The notes: generated by a model from the letters alone, not told the origin. Shown: positions 39,318 to 54,276, counted from the stretch's first letter. The stretch is DNA of 64,000 nucleotides from Octopus vulgaris (GCA_951406725.2 OX597819.1:121148001-121212000), one strand, 5' to 3'. Numbers and translations: made by a program.

Positions 39318-39704
39318 CAATGATAATAATAATTAAATACTAATGATATTGGTGATAGTAATAATAATAATAATAATACTTTCAAAGTTTGGCACATGGC
39401 CAGCAAGTTCGTGGGAGGGGGTAAGTTTATTACATCGACTTCAGTACACAACTGGTACTAATTTTATTGACGTCGAAAAGATGAAAATCGTTTCTACTCA
39501 GGGCACAAAGCCTGAAATTTTGCGGGGAAGTGGTTGGTCGACCCCAGTGTGTAACCGGTATTTATTGTATAGACTCCTGAAAGAATGAAAGACGGTCTCG
39601 ACCTCAGAATGTAAAGACGGACGAAATGCCACCAAGCGATTCGCCCGGTTTGCGAACTTTCCTATCAGCACGAATTATAATGTTGATGCAACTGCAGCTG
39701 CTTT

Positions 39705-40059
39705 GCTTGTTTGTTGGTTTGTTGAGCGAAGCGGTTTTCATCCACTTGGGAGAAGTCTGAAACTTAGTCCATTGCTATTCGTAAGACCCTCAGAAGAGAA
39801 AGCAAGTCAACCCCCGACACCGGGAGCATCGACGGATGGATGAATGCGCATCCAGGCTCAGCGGTTGCGTAGCGAGTCGGGGGCAAGAAACAGGAAGAAA
39901 GAGTGAGAGAAAGTTGGAGCGAAAGAGTACAACAGGGGGTCGCCACCACCCACTGCCGGGGCCTCGTGGAGTTTTAGGTGTTTTCGTTCAATAAACACAC
40001 ACTACGCCCGGTCTGGGAATCGAGTCCGCTGCCCTAAACACTCGGCCATTGCGCCTCCA
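39705..40059 (-). mobile_element. SINE family D
   Basis: TGGAGGCGCAATGGCCGAGTG...GATTCCCAGACCGGG; homologous to 625-822. Confidence 0.8.
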
Positions 40060-40751
40060 CAACTGCTACTGTTGCTGCTGCTGCTGATGATGATGTTAAG
40101 GAGGATGAATAGGAGGAGGGGAGGAGGAGGATACAGAACATACAAATTTAGTTGAATAAATTGGTTTATCGTGGCCAAGTGGAACATTTTAACTGTTTAT
40201 ATCCAATATTTGCCAATGCTGACCCTCGCAAGATTCCATCGGATCCTCCTGTTTATTTAATTATTAAACAGTTTAGTTTGTGACAACAATATCAATATTT
40301 AACATTTAATACTTATATCATATTAATACTCGAATATTTGGTTTGATTAAATCGATTATACCATTTAATACTCAAGAAATTTTATTACATCAAGTGCATT
40401 TTATTACATAAAATGATTTTATTACATAAAATAATTTTATTACATGAAATATATGTTTACATATAGTAAATATTTTTTTTATATAAAATTAATACTTTTA
40501 CCCTATGATGTATCATAATTTGAGTCGAATATGTTCGCCATGTCTATGTAAATATAGAGCAGAGCTTAATATGTATGTGTGTTAACGAGTGTATATTCTC
40601 TTTTTAAGAAACGGGTAAAAAGAGAAGTGAATAACTCATATGAGTTACTACTAAATTTGATTTCATAAAATATGTTTACTCATAAAATATATCGTATTAG
40701 AAACGGATTTCTTTTCACGATTGGTGTCATAAGCTGTATGCGTACACAGTG

Positions 40752-41630
40752 TATTCGGTCATCCTGTAAATAACGCGGGTTTTTTTTTTTAAATACTTGA
40801 TTTATTTTTCAAAATTAAGATAAACAAAGTTCTCTTTTCATCTAAAATATACTCTCCTGCATGTTCTGCAATGCTCTTCCATCTACCTGGTAAACTTGCA
40901 AGCAAGTCCTCTCTTTCAAAATTCTTTGACGAAAAATACTCGTTTAGTTTTGTTCTGACTTCGTCTAGAGAATTCATATTTTTTCCGTCCAAATGATTTT
41001 GAAGACTGCGGAATAAATGATACTAAAATGGGGCAATGTACGGCAAATATGGTGGGTGGGGCATCGTTTCCCATTCAAACTACTCCAGCCTTTGGAATGT
41101 CATCTTCGCTGTGTGTGACCGAGCATTATCTTAATGGAAGAATACCTTTCGTCTTGAAACCAAAGATGGTCATTTTTCTTCTATCGCTGACTTGAATGAG
41201 AGTTTGAATGACCAAATCCAAGCTTCTCTGCTAGTTCCTCAATGGTTGCGACGGGACTTTGTTCCACCAGGGTTTGTAGGACGTCCTCGTTAAGCACTAC
41301 AGATCTTCCAGGATGAGTCTCGGCTTCTAGCCTGTAGTTTCCGGCTCGGAATTTCTGGAACCACAGCTGAAATTGGCTTACGCTTATTGTCCAATCCTCA
41401 TATACTGCATGAATATTCCTCGCACTTTCCGTTGCGTTGTTGCCTTTATTGAATTCATTAAGCAAGATATGTCGAATATGTCACTTCCATTAAAGCTTTG
41501 AAAAAATGACTGTTATATTTGAATTGCTCTCTTCAGAATTTGCACTAAGAATAAGGACAAGGTAAAATTACTACCTGCTTTTATAGTAAATTGATGCAGT
41601 TAATTTATCCCGCCCCCTTCTGACTTTTAC
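40752..41630 (-). mobile_element. Internally deleted mariner (DD34D) element
   Basis: EFNKGNNATESARNI...WFQKFRAG (41181-41465), DNARSH, HPPYLPYIAP, YHLFRSLQNHL, LPGRWKSIAEHAGEYI; TA-TTCGGTCATCC terminus. Confidence 0.88.
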
Positions 41631-42032
41631 CTCTCTCTTTTACTCTTTTTTTGTTTCAGTCATTTTACTGCAGCCATGCTGGAGCACCGCCATTAGTCGG
41701 GCAAATCTACCCCAGGACTTCTTTGTAAGCCTAGTACTTATTCTATCGGTCTTTTTTGCCAAACCGCTAGGTTACAGGGATGTAAACACACCACCGTCGG
41801 TTGTCAAGCGATGTTGTGGGAACACTGACACACACACGTATACACAAACATACATAAATATATATATATATATACGACGGGCTTCTTTCAGTTTCCGTCT
41901 ACCAAATCCACTCACAAGGCTTTGGTCGGCCCGAGGCTATGGTAGAAGACACTTGCCCAAGGTGCCATGCAGTGGGACTGAATCCGAAACCATGTTGTCG
42001 GTAAGCAATCTACTTACCAGAATGCCACTCCT
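41631..42032 (-). mobile_element. SINE family B inserted near the mariner 5' end
   Basis: Full family B structure. Confidence 0.88.
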
Positions 42033-42615
42033 ATTGAAAAAAAAACGCCTTACTTACATCATACAAAATAGCACATACGGTACGATGGGAATAAGGGACA
42101 AACAGTTGTAGAACGTGACAGGTTACAAGTTGAGAAAGATTCAAACAGGTGGACAAAATCTATTCACCAAAAGAAAAAAAAAACTTTAAATAATTGGGAA
42201 CACAAAATTGCACGCTGAAAATATGAAAAAAAGAAAAGGAGTAGACTTACGTTTCGTTCTGAACACTTTATCAAACTGGAATAGGAAATAAGAAAGCAAA
42301 AAGAAACATGGAAAGAAACGATATTTATTTAAAACACTTGTGTCTCTTTCGATGGCCTTCTTTAAAAACATCGCAATTTTGTCGCACAACCGCGGAAACA
42401 TTTCCATACACACATTTACACAGACACAACCACGTGTGTGTATATGGAAAGCTCAGAGTGGTTATGCGTTAATTGGTGATGTTGTCAGAACAGATAGTCG
42501 AACGATGCACATGAGTTTAATGAAGATATCGTTTCTTTAATTAAGTTTTTTTTTTAGCGCTTTTTTCTTTCGTACCTTAGTTTTGAAGAGGGATTCACGC
42601 GAAATGAACAAATAT

Positions 42616-42859
42616 ATATTGTTGTATTTCGGAATGGTTATTTTGCCAGTTTAGCCAATAAAAACACACGCACTCTATATTTGGTGTTACTTTGCTTCAG
42701 TGTTATTTATTTTTTACATTAAACTTGATCTTATTTCGGCCAGAGCTCTGTTTAATGTAAAAAGATAAATAACACTGAAGCAAAGTAACACCAAATATAT
42801 ACTGCGTGTGTTTTTATTGGCTAAACTGGCAAAATTATCATTCCGAAATACAGCAATAT
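42616..42859. repeat. Fold-back palindrome, ~110-bp arms and 25-nt spacer
   Basis: 42616-42724 vs 42750-42859. Confidence 0.9.
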
Positions 42860-43219
42860 CTGTTTCAACACACGATTTCACATCAAAAATCTTGCACAAC
42901 AAATATATAAACGTAAGAACAAATAAATGTTATATAAAAAACTAATATATTTTCTGGTTTTAAGTTTTGTCCCCGTACATTTTGAGTTTAAATCCAGCTA
43001 AGAACGATATCATTTTTCATCACTTGGGGCTGATACAATATAATACCTAGTCAAATATAAGGACCAATTCTCTCTCACTTAAAAATTTACAGCCAAGTGC
43101 AGAAGTAGGAAATTTTTTTAAATGACCTTGTGAGGAAATTTATGTGGTCATTCGGCCGGCTAAAAATAGCAGTTAGGATAAAAAAATGAGGGGACTTTTG
43201 CTGTATCAGAATTATTATA

Positions 43220-43740
43220 GGCATAGTAATGGCTATGTGGTTAAGAAGCTTAATTGGCGACCACTTGGTTTCGGGTTCAGTCACACAACACAGCACCGCG
43301 CAAGTGTTTTTCCTAATAACTCGGTCCGACCAATGTCTTGTGAATGAATTTGGAAGGCGGAAACTGTGAGAAACCTGTCCTATGTGTGTGTCTGTGTGTG
43401 TTTATGTGTGAGTATGCCTTTGTGTCTCTGTCACCTACAATCACTGCATGACAATCGGTGTTGGATTGTTTACGTTTAACTCATAACGTAAAGACAGGCG
43501 AAATACATATTTATTTACTACCCACAAGGGGCTAAACACAGAAGGGACAAACAAGGACAGACAAACGGATAAAGTCGATTATATCGACCCCAGTGCGTAA
43601 CTGGTACTTAATTTATCGGCCCCGAAAGGATGAAAGGCAAAGTCGAGCTCGGCGGAATTTGAACTCAGAACGTAACGGTAGACGAAATACCGCTAAGCAT
43701 TTCGCCCGGCGTGCTAACGTTTCTGCCAGCGCGCTGCCTT
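43220..43740. mobile_element. Diverged SINE B (+, 43220-43475) abutting SINE A (-, 43480-43740)
   Basis: Family motifs. Confidence 0.75.
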
Positions 43741-44106
43741 AGTCAAGTAGTGGGGTCGATTTAATAGATGATTAACGCCCATCCACCCACCAAATTTCAG
43801 ACCTTGTATCTATATTGGAAACGAGAATGATGCTAAGCTGGTAGAAACCCTAGTGCGTCGGACAAAATGCTTAGCGGCATGCCTTCCGGTTCTTTTGAGT
43901 TCAAATTCAGCTTCGGTCATCTTTGCTTTTTAGGCTAATGAGAATAAAACACCGATCAAATACTGGTCTCGATGAAGCAGACTAACCGACTACCTCCGAA
44001 ATTGCCGGCAATGTGCCAAAATTTAAAACGATATGTGTGTGCGTATGTGTGTGAGTGAGTGGGTGTGAGCATGTGCACGCGTGCAGGCGAGTATAAGTGT
44101 AGGTAA

Positions 44107-44415
44107 GGCGGCGAGCTGGCAGAAACGTTAGCCCGCCGGGCGAAATGCTTAGCGGTATTTCGTCTGCCGATACGTTCTGAGTTCAAATTCCGCCGAGGTC
44201 GACTTTGCCTTTCATCCTTTCGGGGTCGATAAATTAAGTACCAGTTACGCACTGGGGTCGATGTAATCGACTTAATACCTATGTCTGTCCTTGTTTGTCC
44301 CCTCTGTGTTTTGCTCCTTGTGGGTAATAAAGAAATAGGCATTTCGTCTGCCGTTACGTTCTGAGTTCAAATTCCGCCGAGGTCGACTTTGCCTTTCAAC
44401 ATTTCGGGGTCATAA

Positions 44416-44472
<57 letters not shown>

Positions 44473-44500
44473 AGCCCCTTGTGGGTAATAAAGAAATAGG
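44107..44500 (+). mobile_element. SINE family A dimer with (TG)n in the second unit
   Basis: GGCGGCGAGCTGGCAGAAACGTTAG head; junction AAGAAATAGGCATTTCGTC. Confidence 0.9.
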
Positions 44501-44869
44501 TATCTGTCAGTTCACGGAAATGACGTAATCTATAATAATTTATCGTCAAATATACGAATTCGTTTTATTGCGTATTCTGGAACATCTGTGTATGAATTTT
44601 AATATCTGAAACCATGTAAGTAAGCTGAATTGTCTGTTCTTTTAATCGGAATAGAAGACAATGTTAAGCCCGAGGCGGATGATCCCAGATTACTAATGAT
44701 CCCAGATTACTTCAGAAACATAAAACACAGTTTGCGAAGGATATTTGAGTACATCTTTGGTAATTTCATCAAAAAAATAGCTTTAATCTACCAAATATAT
44801 TTCAATAACACTTTGTGCTCATGTTCTCAATAAAATTTCTTATAAGATTATTCTATGAATACATTTTCA

Positions 44870-45480
44870 GTCTCGGTAACTGCTTCAATGCTGGACAGTT
44901 TCGTTGACGTGCTCGCTCTAAATGATCTTCATCTTTATTTATTTTGGACATCTCTCGGACAATGGCAGCCTTCATTGAGGCTCTGTTAGTGTGATGATGT
45001 CAGTTAATCTCCCTCTCGACAACACTCTAAACCCACTTACCCATGGTATTTAAGTCTGGCGTGTTTGGAAACCACAAGGTTTATGCTACATGGTCATAAA
45101 GCTTGTCCAACACCCATTTTTGACTAACATGGAGTTTGTGAGAAGAGGCTGAGTTTTGTTGAATCACGTATTGTCTTTTACTGCGTATTTTATTCATCCA
45201 GGTCTTAACTACGATCTCCGGCACCTCAACGTATCCAACAGGAATTAATGGCAAAAACCCTGTGGAAAAATGTGAGTGACATGACCTCCGTTACTCACCA
45301 ACACCTAAAACCATAACAGTTACTGGAAACTTAGCGTGCATCACTCTGGAAACTTCAGAAGGATCTTCACATAACCCTGTACCATTTCTTTGGTTAGAAT
45401 TTTTGTCTTGGTTGAGGTTTTTCTCATCAAAGAGCCAAAGCATGCCATGCTCTCAAGGATTCTAACCTTGTTAGGTAACC
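44870..45480 (-). pseudogene. maT (DD37D-like) transposase remnant
   Basis: Minus translation FDEKNLNQDKNSNQRN...DPSEVSRVMHAKFPVTVMVLGV. Confidence 0.75.
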
Positions 45481-46282
45481 GTATGGTACAGTTCGAACGT
45501 TGTTCCTATGCCTCCGTGCTCCATAGTTCTAATAGTCCACCCTGCCTCCTAAAGTTGTTTGGCAATGGACCTATCTATTTTTCTTTTCTTGGCAGGGGTG
45601 GATATCATTGATAATCTTTTGAACGCGTTGAATGAATTGCTATGCTCTAATAATGTCCGTACGCTTAGACTTTCTTCATTTGACACAGTTAAAACATAGC
45701 TGAACTTTTGCATCCTCTGTTCAGATTTCGTCTACGGTTCAGAAGACCATAATAGCTAACACTAACCACTCTGCAACGTGACCACTACATCCAACCTGCG
45801 ATTTGCTAACACGAGCAGGTACTGATCACGTTCGATCTAAAACCAGAATAGATAACCCATCAATAGCATGCCGTGTTTCATGCAACAGTGGATGAATAAA
45901 AAAAAAAAAATAGTTGAATGCAATCTTTTTTAAGATTGTTAATACGAAAGCAAAAAAAAACAAAAAAAAACAGAACAACAACAACAATACAAAGCGGAAA
46001 ATCAAAATGAGATAAAATGAGACAAGAATAAAAGCAAATATTTTGTCAACATATGCAACGAACAGACGTTAAACTTCACGTGGCTGTTGTTCGAATTAAT
46101 CTCGACACAGTAAAAGACAAGCAAAGAACATGTTACTCTAATCAATTTGGTGCGGGGATATTCACGATACAATTAACGCAAAGCAGGATACATTAATTAA
46201 TTCTATGTTAAAACTGAGGTATTTCCGTGAGCCGTTTGCTGTTGTTTCTTTGTTTGCTTAGGTCATTATCATTACTTCTCCT

Positions 46283-46283
<1 letters not shown>

Positions 46284-46342
<59 letters not shown>

Positions 46343-46394
46343 TATTATTATTATTATTTTTATTATTTAAGGGTTATTATTATTTTTATTATTA

Positions 46395-46443
<49 letters not shown>

Positions 46444-46606
46444 GAAAATAGCAATTTTCGTTTGTTATTATTGTCGCTATTATTATTAATATTGGAACTA
46501 TTATCAACATCATCAACATAAATATTGTCAAAATATTAATAACAAAGCCTGAAATAAAAAAGTGAAAATAAAATAAAATGATAATAATCATTATCATTGC
46601 CATCGC

Positions 46607-46657
<51 letters not shown>

Positions 46658-46779
46658 CATCATCGTAATCGTCACCATTATTAATATTACTATTAGCAAA
46701 AGTATTAATATTATTATCATTATTGACACTGTTATTATTTCTACATTCTTCTTCTTCCTCTTCTTCTGATTATTATTAA

Positions 46780-46818
<39 letters not shown>

Positions 46819-46896
46819 CATCATTATTATTATTATCATTATTATTATTATCATTATTATCATTATTATCATTATCATCATTATTATTATTATTAT

Positions 46897-46931
<35 letters not shown>

Positions 46932-47010
46932 TTGCTATTGTTTGCATAGTTATCGTCATCATCATCACCACCAGTACCACCATCACCACCACCACCACCA
47001 CCACCATCAC

Positions 47011-47076
<66 letters not shown>

Positions 47077-47140
47077 CGTTATTATATTATTATCTTTATT
47101 ATTATTATTATTATTATCATTATTGTTGTTATCATTATTA

Positions 47141-47176
<36 letters not shown>

Positions 47177-47408
47177 GTATTATCTTTGTTGTTACTAATA
47201 TTGACACTTATCTTACCCATCATCTCAAATTATTATTATCATCAATATTAATCTTATTACCACCACCATTATTACTATTATTATCATTATTATTATTACC
47301 ACTACCATCATCACCATTATTATTATTAATATCATCATCATCATCATCATTATTATTATTTTATTATTATTATCATCATTATTATCATTATTATTATTAT
47401 CATTATTA

Positions 47409-47481
<73 letters not shown>

Positions 47482-47494
47482 TATCATTATTATT
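46284..47494 (+). repeat. (ATT)n/(ATC)n/(ACC)n compound microsatellite block
   Basis: Direct reading. Confidence 0.93.
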
Positions 47495-47689
47495 AAGTGA
47501 GTCGCTCGATTAGCAACTTGTAGAGACTATTAATTGCTGATTGGCCGATAACAAGCCTTTCAGGGAAGCAGATTGGCTTTTTTTTTGTTGAAACAAATCA
47601 GCCTTTTAATTTTCCTTCATCGCATCCCGCACTCCCCCCTGTATCGTATCGTTCTCCAGCTTCAGCTCAGACAGCACAACTGTAGGTCG

Positions 47690-48000
47690 CCATCATCATC
47701 ATCGCCAAATGAACGCGACCAGCAAACTGCATCGTGGTTGCGATAATCAACAGAATTATCGTGGTGGTGGTGATGTCATCGTCGTTATCGTTGCCTTCGT
47801 TGTCATCGTCCTCATCGCTGTCATCGACGTAGACGTCGTCGTCATTCTCCTCCTCAGCGTCGACGTTGTCGTCGTTGTCGTCATCGTCATCATCATCATC
47901 ATCAACATCGTCACCGTCATCATCAGTAACGTCGTCGTTGACATCCTCATCGTCGTCGTCATCATGATCTTCATCATCATCATAATCCTCATCATCATCA

Positions 48001-48035
<35 letters not shown>

Positions 48036-48235
48036 ATCATCATCATCATCATCATCATTGTGATCGTCATTATCATCATCTTCAGCAGCAGTAGAGTAAA
48101 ATCATCGACATCATCATCTCCATAATCATTGCTTTCTTCGTTTTCGTCATCGATATTTTTATTGTCTTTGTCGTCGTCATCTACATCGACGTTGCCGATT
48201 CGTTATTATTATTATCATTATTATTATTATTATTA

Positions 48236-48299
<64 letters not shown>

Positions 48300-48826
48300 T
48301 GTTGTTGTTGTTGTTATCATCATCATCAGCCTCATCATTAGCAGCAGCGGCAACATCATCTCCATCGATATAATTGATTTTGCCGTTACCCTCCTCCTCC
48401 TCCTCATCATCATCGTCGTCGTCATAATCATTATCATCGTCATCAGCGTTCTCAACATCATCAGCAGCAGCAACACCATCGTCTTCCTCCTTCTCCTCCT
48501 CATCGTCGTCATCATCATCATCATCGTTATCATCGTCATCGTCATCGTCATCAGCGTTCTCAACATCATCAGCAGCACTTTTGTCATCATCAGATTCGTC
48601 ATCGTCGTCGTTGACATCGTCGACCTCATCATCGTCGCCGTAGTGGCCATCGCTGTCACCATCTCCACCATTCCCCTTTGCTAACATTTGCCCAACATCC
48701 ATGTTGTCTTGAAACATCGCCAAGTTCCGTTGATCTGGTAACGTAATACGAACACCAACGATTACAGGTTTAACAGCAATAAGGACAACTGAGGATGGGG
48801 ATTATGCAGGATGTTGTTATTGTTGT

Positions 48827-48860
<34 letters not shown>

Positions 48861-49343
48861 AATGGTGATGATAGTGATGATGATGAAGGTGATGATGATG
48901 GAGGAGGAAGGGAAGGGGTGGAAAAAGCGGAATATGATGATTATGACGAAGATGATGATATTGATGATGACAACGACGATGATGGTGATGGTGTTGTTAT
49001 GGTGATGATGACGATGATGATGACGATGATGATGATGATGATGTTGTAATAGTGACGATGATTATTATTATGATGTTGATGATGATTATGCCAACGACAA
49101 TGATGATGATGATGATGATAATTTTCTTGATATTGATGGCCTGGATGATGTAAGATTGTAATGATGACGATGATCATGATGATGACGACGACGACGGTGA
49201 TGGTGATGATGATGATTACGATTACGATGATAATGTCGATGATGATGTTGACGACGATGTTTACGATGATGATGATGAGGATGGTGATTACGATAATGAT
49301 GATGATGATGATGATGATGATGACGATGATGATGATGACGATC

Positions 49344-49374
<31 letters not shown>

Positions 49375-49397
49375 CATGATGATGATAATGATGATGG

Positions 49398-49430
<33 letters not shown>

Positions 49431-49470
49431 CGATGATGACGATGACAGCTATGATGACGACGGCGATGAT
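47690..49470. repeat. Degenerate (CAT/CGT)n block followed by an oppositely oriented (GAT/GAC)n block
   Basis: Direct reading. Confidence 0.88.
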
Positions 49471-49937
49471 CACGATGGCGATAAGAGCTAGCCACAGAAA
49501 TAGCAACTAAGGCATCAGGAAGAGATACATCATTCAAAACAGCAACAACAGATCGAAACAAAAGGAGAATATTTGAAAAAAAAGACAACAAAAAAAAACA
49601 AAAACAAATAATAATAATTACAAATAAAACAATGAAATAACATAACAACGACGACAACAACAACAACAAGTGAAAGAACAAAATATTTAGTAACGAAATT
49701 AACAACGACCAACGTAATTTCCATTGAAAATAACCTTTATTGTCGCTGTCGTCGGCATCGTTATTATTATTGATATTGTTGTTGTTGTTGATTCCATTGT
49801 GGTCTTTTATTGCTGTTGTTGTTGTTGCTTTTTCTTGTTGTGTCTTTCTATTCTTTTTGTTTTTTATTTCTATTTTGCGGCGCTGTTATTAAAACTGTTC
49901 AAACATTTGCTCATTTATCGATTGATAGAATGAGATG

Positions 49938-49970
<33 letters not shown>

Positions 49971-50258
49971 AACCACAACAGTAACAAAAAAAGAAAAAAA
50001 GAAAGAAAGCAAAGAAGAAGAAGAAGAAGAAAGTGAATGAGATTCACTGAGTTAAATTGCAATGCGTTTAGTGTTTGGAAATTACTAGAGCTGTTGTTAG
50101 CAGCAACAGTAAAAGTAATCCATCCGTCGACACCAACCTCAGCAACACCGCTACCAAAACCACCAACAGCAATACTGACACAACTACTTTTGCTACCAAT
50201 CAAAGCAGCGAACCACGAAGTCACTCAGTAGTCGAGTATGACCTGCTTCAGCTTGAAG

Positions 50259-50522
50259 TTTCAGCCATCTTTCTCAAATTACAAATTTTTTTTTTTTAAA
50301 GTGGCAAGACGTTGTGAATAATAAAATGCCCCTACGTTTATACACCCTTTAAACAAGAAACAAATGTATTCGAGGGAGTGTTGAAATGTTATCCAAAGCC
50401 ATGGACATTTCAGCACTCCCTCGTATACATTTGTTTCATGTTTTAAGGCTGTATTTTATCATTCACAACGTCTTGCCACTTTTTAAAAAAGCAAGTTTGT
50501 AATTTGAGAACGATAGCTGAAA
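50259..50522. repeat. Fold-back palindrome centred on mariner-like TIRs
   Basis: CGAGGGAGTGTTGAAATGT / ACATTTCAGCACTCCCTCG core with ~110 bp of inverted flank. Confidence 0.85.
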
Positions 50523-50544
50523 TTACAAACTTGTTTTTAAAAAA

Positions 50545-50685
50545 GCAGTGTTATTGAATGGGGCTCAGACATGGCGAACAACAGTTAAGTCAAATAAGCA
50601 AATGCAATCATTCATCAACAGATGCTTGCGTAGTATACTTAAAATTAAATGGCCCGAACACATAATCAATATGGAGCTATGGCAA
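50545..50685 (+). mobile_element. RTE-clade LINE fragment
   Basis: VLLNGAQTWRTT...FINRCLRSILKIKWPEHIINMELW. Confidence 0.8.
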
Positions 50686-50825
50686 AGTTTTCTTCCGCCG
50701 GGTGGTTTGAGAGGATGGATCGTACAGCTGTGGTTGTGTGTTAGGCATGACTTAATCAGAATATACTAAATAACCTTCGAATGACTGTTGACTGTTCTTT
50801 GAGCTACTTCTTCACTATAGTTTTC

Positions 50826-51143
50826 ACTTCCTCATCACTGGACTATCATCTCTTCGGTCCCATGAAAGGGTGTTTGAGAGGCAAATATTATTCCAGTGAC
50901 GAGAAAGTGAAAACTGTAGTGAAGAGGTGGCTCAAAGAACAGTCAACAGAATTTTACGGGGCAGGGATACATGCTCTCATTTGAAGGTGAAACGTTGCTA
51001 TTGAGAGAAACGGTGACTCTGTTGAGAAATAGGGATGTGATCCACGGAGGACCAGCTTCATTTTGATGTATGATACATGTTCCTGTGCTGGTCAACATAC
51101 CTGTCCTAAACAAAATGGCATTACATGTTGACTCACCCTCGTA
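50826..51143 (+). mobile_element. Mariner 3' end
   Basis: DYHLFGPMKGCLRGK...WLKEQSTEFYGAGIHAL...GDSVEK; terminus CACCCTCGTA. Confidence 0.85.
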
Positions 51144-51624
51144 TAAAGCGGTTTTTAAATCACTTTCATTAATATTATTTTGTCTTACATCGACATAAAA
51201 CATAAAACAGACATTTTTTTCAACACGTGTAAATGAAATTAAAGATGGCGAGCTAAGTGCTACCATTAAGTATATCAGCAGTTTGTTGAATGACTAGTAA
51301 CAGCGGCAAAGTTGGTCCGTATGAATGCGCCTCTCCTCAACAAAAAACACCTGTAGGATCGTGAATGACAGATGGTGTCGGGGAAAGGAATTTAACATTG
51401 GTAATCAGAGAAATCTTGAGTCTGTAGGGATTCCTTCTTTGTCTTATACCCTCTGGGGACTCTATCACACATTTTTCACTCTATGCTTCGATGTTTACCA
51501 AAATATATTTATTTATATATATTTTTCATCATCCGATTTATGTTGTAAGCCAAAACAATTGTAACCTGTCTTTACAAGGTTTCTTCAGTTGTCGCCCTCG
51601 TGGCTATAAAACGAAAGTAATATC

Positions 51625-52560
<936 letters not shown>

Positions 52561-53117
52561 ATTCATAGGTATATTATGCTTATATATTTTTTGCGTGCAT
52601 ACAAATAAAAACGAAGACACAAACGTGTACGTGCGACTGTAAGTGAGCGAATCTGTGTACAAGTGTGTATGTATACGTATATGTGTATATCTTTTTGCGG
52701 GTAGATACATATATTTACACATCCCTACGATAACAAGCGTGGTTCATTACGCCTATAGTTCATTAATTGACGTTAATGAACCCGTCTCTATCGGAACTTA
52801 ACAATATTTCTGAAATTAATTTATCCTTGTCATATTTCTACCATTGTTCATTTTCTTCACTTTTACACATGTACATGTATTTATCTGGCTTTTTTTCTCA
52901 CTTTAATTTCTTTATATTTTTCCCTTAATTTTTTTCCAGTGGTTATCCCTTTTTCTATGCCCTTATCCCTTATTGCAGTTGCTTCCAGGTGTGGAATTTT
53001 ATAGGTTTGTGCTGATTATTTTAACTCCATAACTGCTGAATCACATTCCACGTCTAGCTGTCGTTTCCGTAACTCACGAGCCATATCGTCTCCCTTTGAT
53101 TTCGACTAAACACGCAA

Positions 53118-53164
<47 letters not shown>

Positions 53165-53410
53165 CACACACAATACACAGACACACACATATTCTCTCCC
53201 ATTCATATACTCATGTATGTTTATGAAATGAATTATGCTTCTTATGCTTCTTGTAATATTTCGCTCTATCATGTTATATCGAGCGCATTGTTTCTTTTCT
53301 AACATTCTGAAAATGCCGGTCAAAAATATTCAACTGCCGTTAGCGTAATCAACTAGCTGTCTATCTTCCGGATTCATTCATTTTCTTTCCAGTCTATTAT
53401 AGGGCTTTTT

Positions 53411-53829
53411 GGATTTTTTCGGTTTGAACGGCAGTTTTTTCTAGCGGCGTCATATGAAATTGTCACCCATAATTAGGACCCTAGTATCGATCTATTGCAT
53501 TTCAATCTGTTTTAGGTTTAGAGTTAGGGCTGGGGGGAAGGGTATCTTTTTTTTTCTTCACAAATGTAAATAAACCCAATCTGTTTCTTAAACGAGGGAC
53601 ATATTCATACGGCACAAAATGTTTTTTACCTCAATAGACGTTAGTGATTGGTTGAAATTGCAGAAATTGAAGAAAAAAAACAACAAATATCTTACAAACT
53701 ATAGAATTTTCTCAATAAAGTCAAGAGAAAAAGATGTTTTATAAACACATTCTACCAGTATACGAAACTAAAAATTTTTTAGTTATCTAGAAATTATGTT
53801 AAAAACTACCGTTCAAACCGAAAAGATCC
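53411..53829. mobile_element. MITE with ~29-bp TIRs and a 9-bp TSD
   Basis: GGATTTTTTCGGTTTGAACGGCAGTTTTT / AAAAACTACCGTTCAAACCGAAAAGATCC; flanks GGGCTTTTT / GGGTTTTTT. Confidence 0.8.
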
Positions 53830-53966
53830 GGGTTTTTTTTCTAATTCTTATTGATGTTCTATACCATTGAAGCTATATCCTTTAATTTGCTGTTTTTTTT
53901 CTTTGCACGAACTGAGAAGATACATTGCGGAACTCTAGTATTTTTTACGAGTTATATCTAACTATG

Positions 53967-54276
53967 TGGGGGTACATGGCCTAGTGGTTAAAGTGGCGGA
54001 CTCGCGGTTGTGGGATCGCGGGTTCGAATCTCAGACCAGGCGATGTGAGTGTTTATGAGCGAAAAAACTTAGCTCTACACGGCTCCGGCAGAATGTAATG
54101 CCGAAATTCTGCTGATTCTTTCGCCACAACTTTCTCTCACTATTTCCTCCTGCATCTAGCAGCTCACCTGCGACGGACCGGCGTCCTGTTCAGGAGGGGA
54201 ATCTTTACGCCAAGGACACCGGGAAACCGGCCATAATCAGCCAGGCGTTGCTCGAGAAGGAACAAACAAAAACAAC
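53967..54276 (+). mobile_element. SINE family C with a 13-bp TSD
   Basis: ATATCTAACTATG at 53954-53966 and 54277-54289. Confidence 0.92.

Noticed and set aside
48181-48723. Asp-rich 180-aa ORF resembling an acidic biomineralisation protein
   Set aside because: Lies within degenerate (GAT)n/(AAT)n repeats, overlapping frames are also open, and there is no signal peptide or splice evidence
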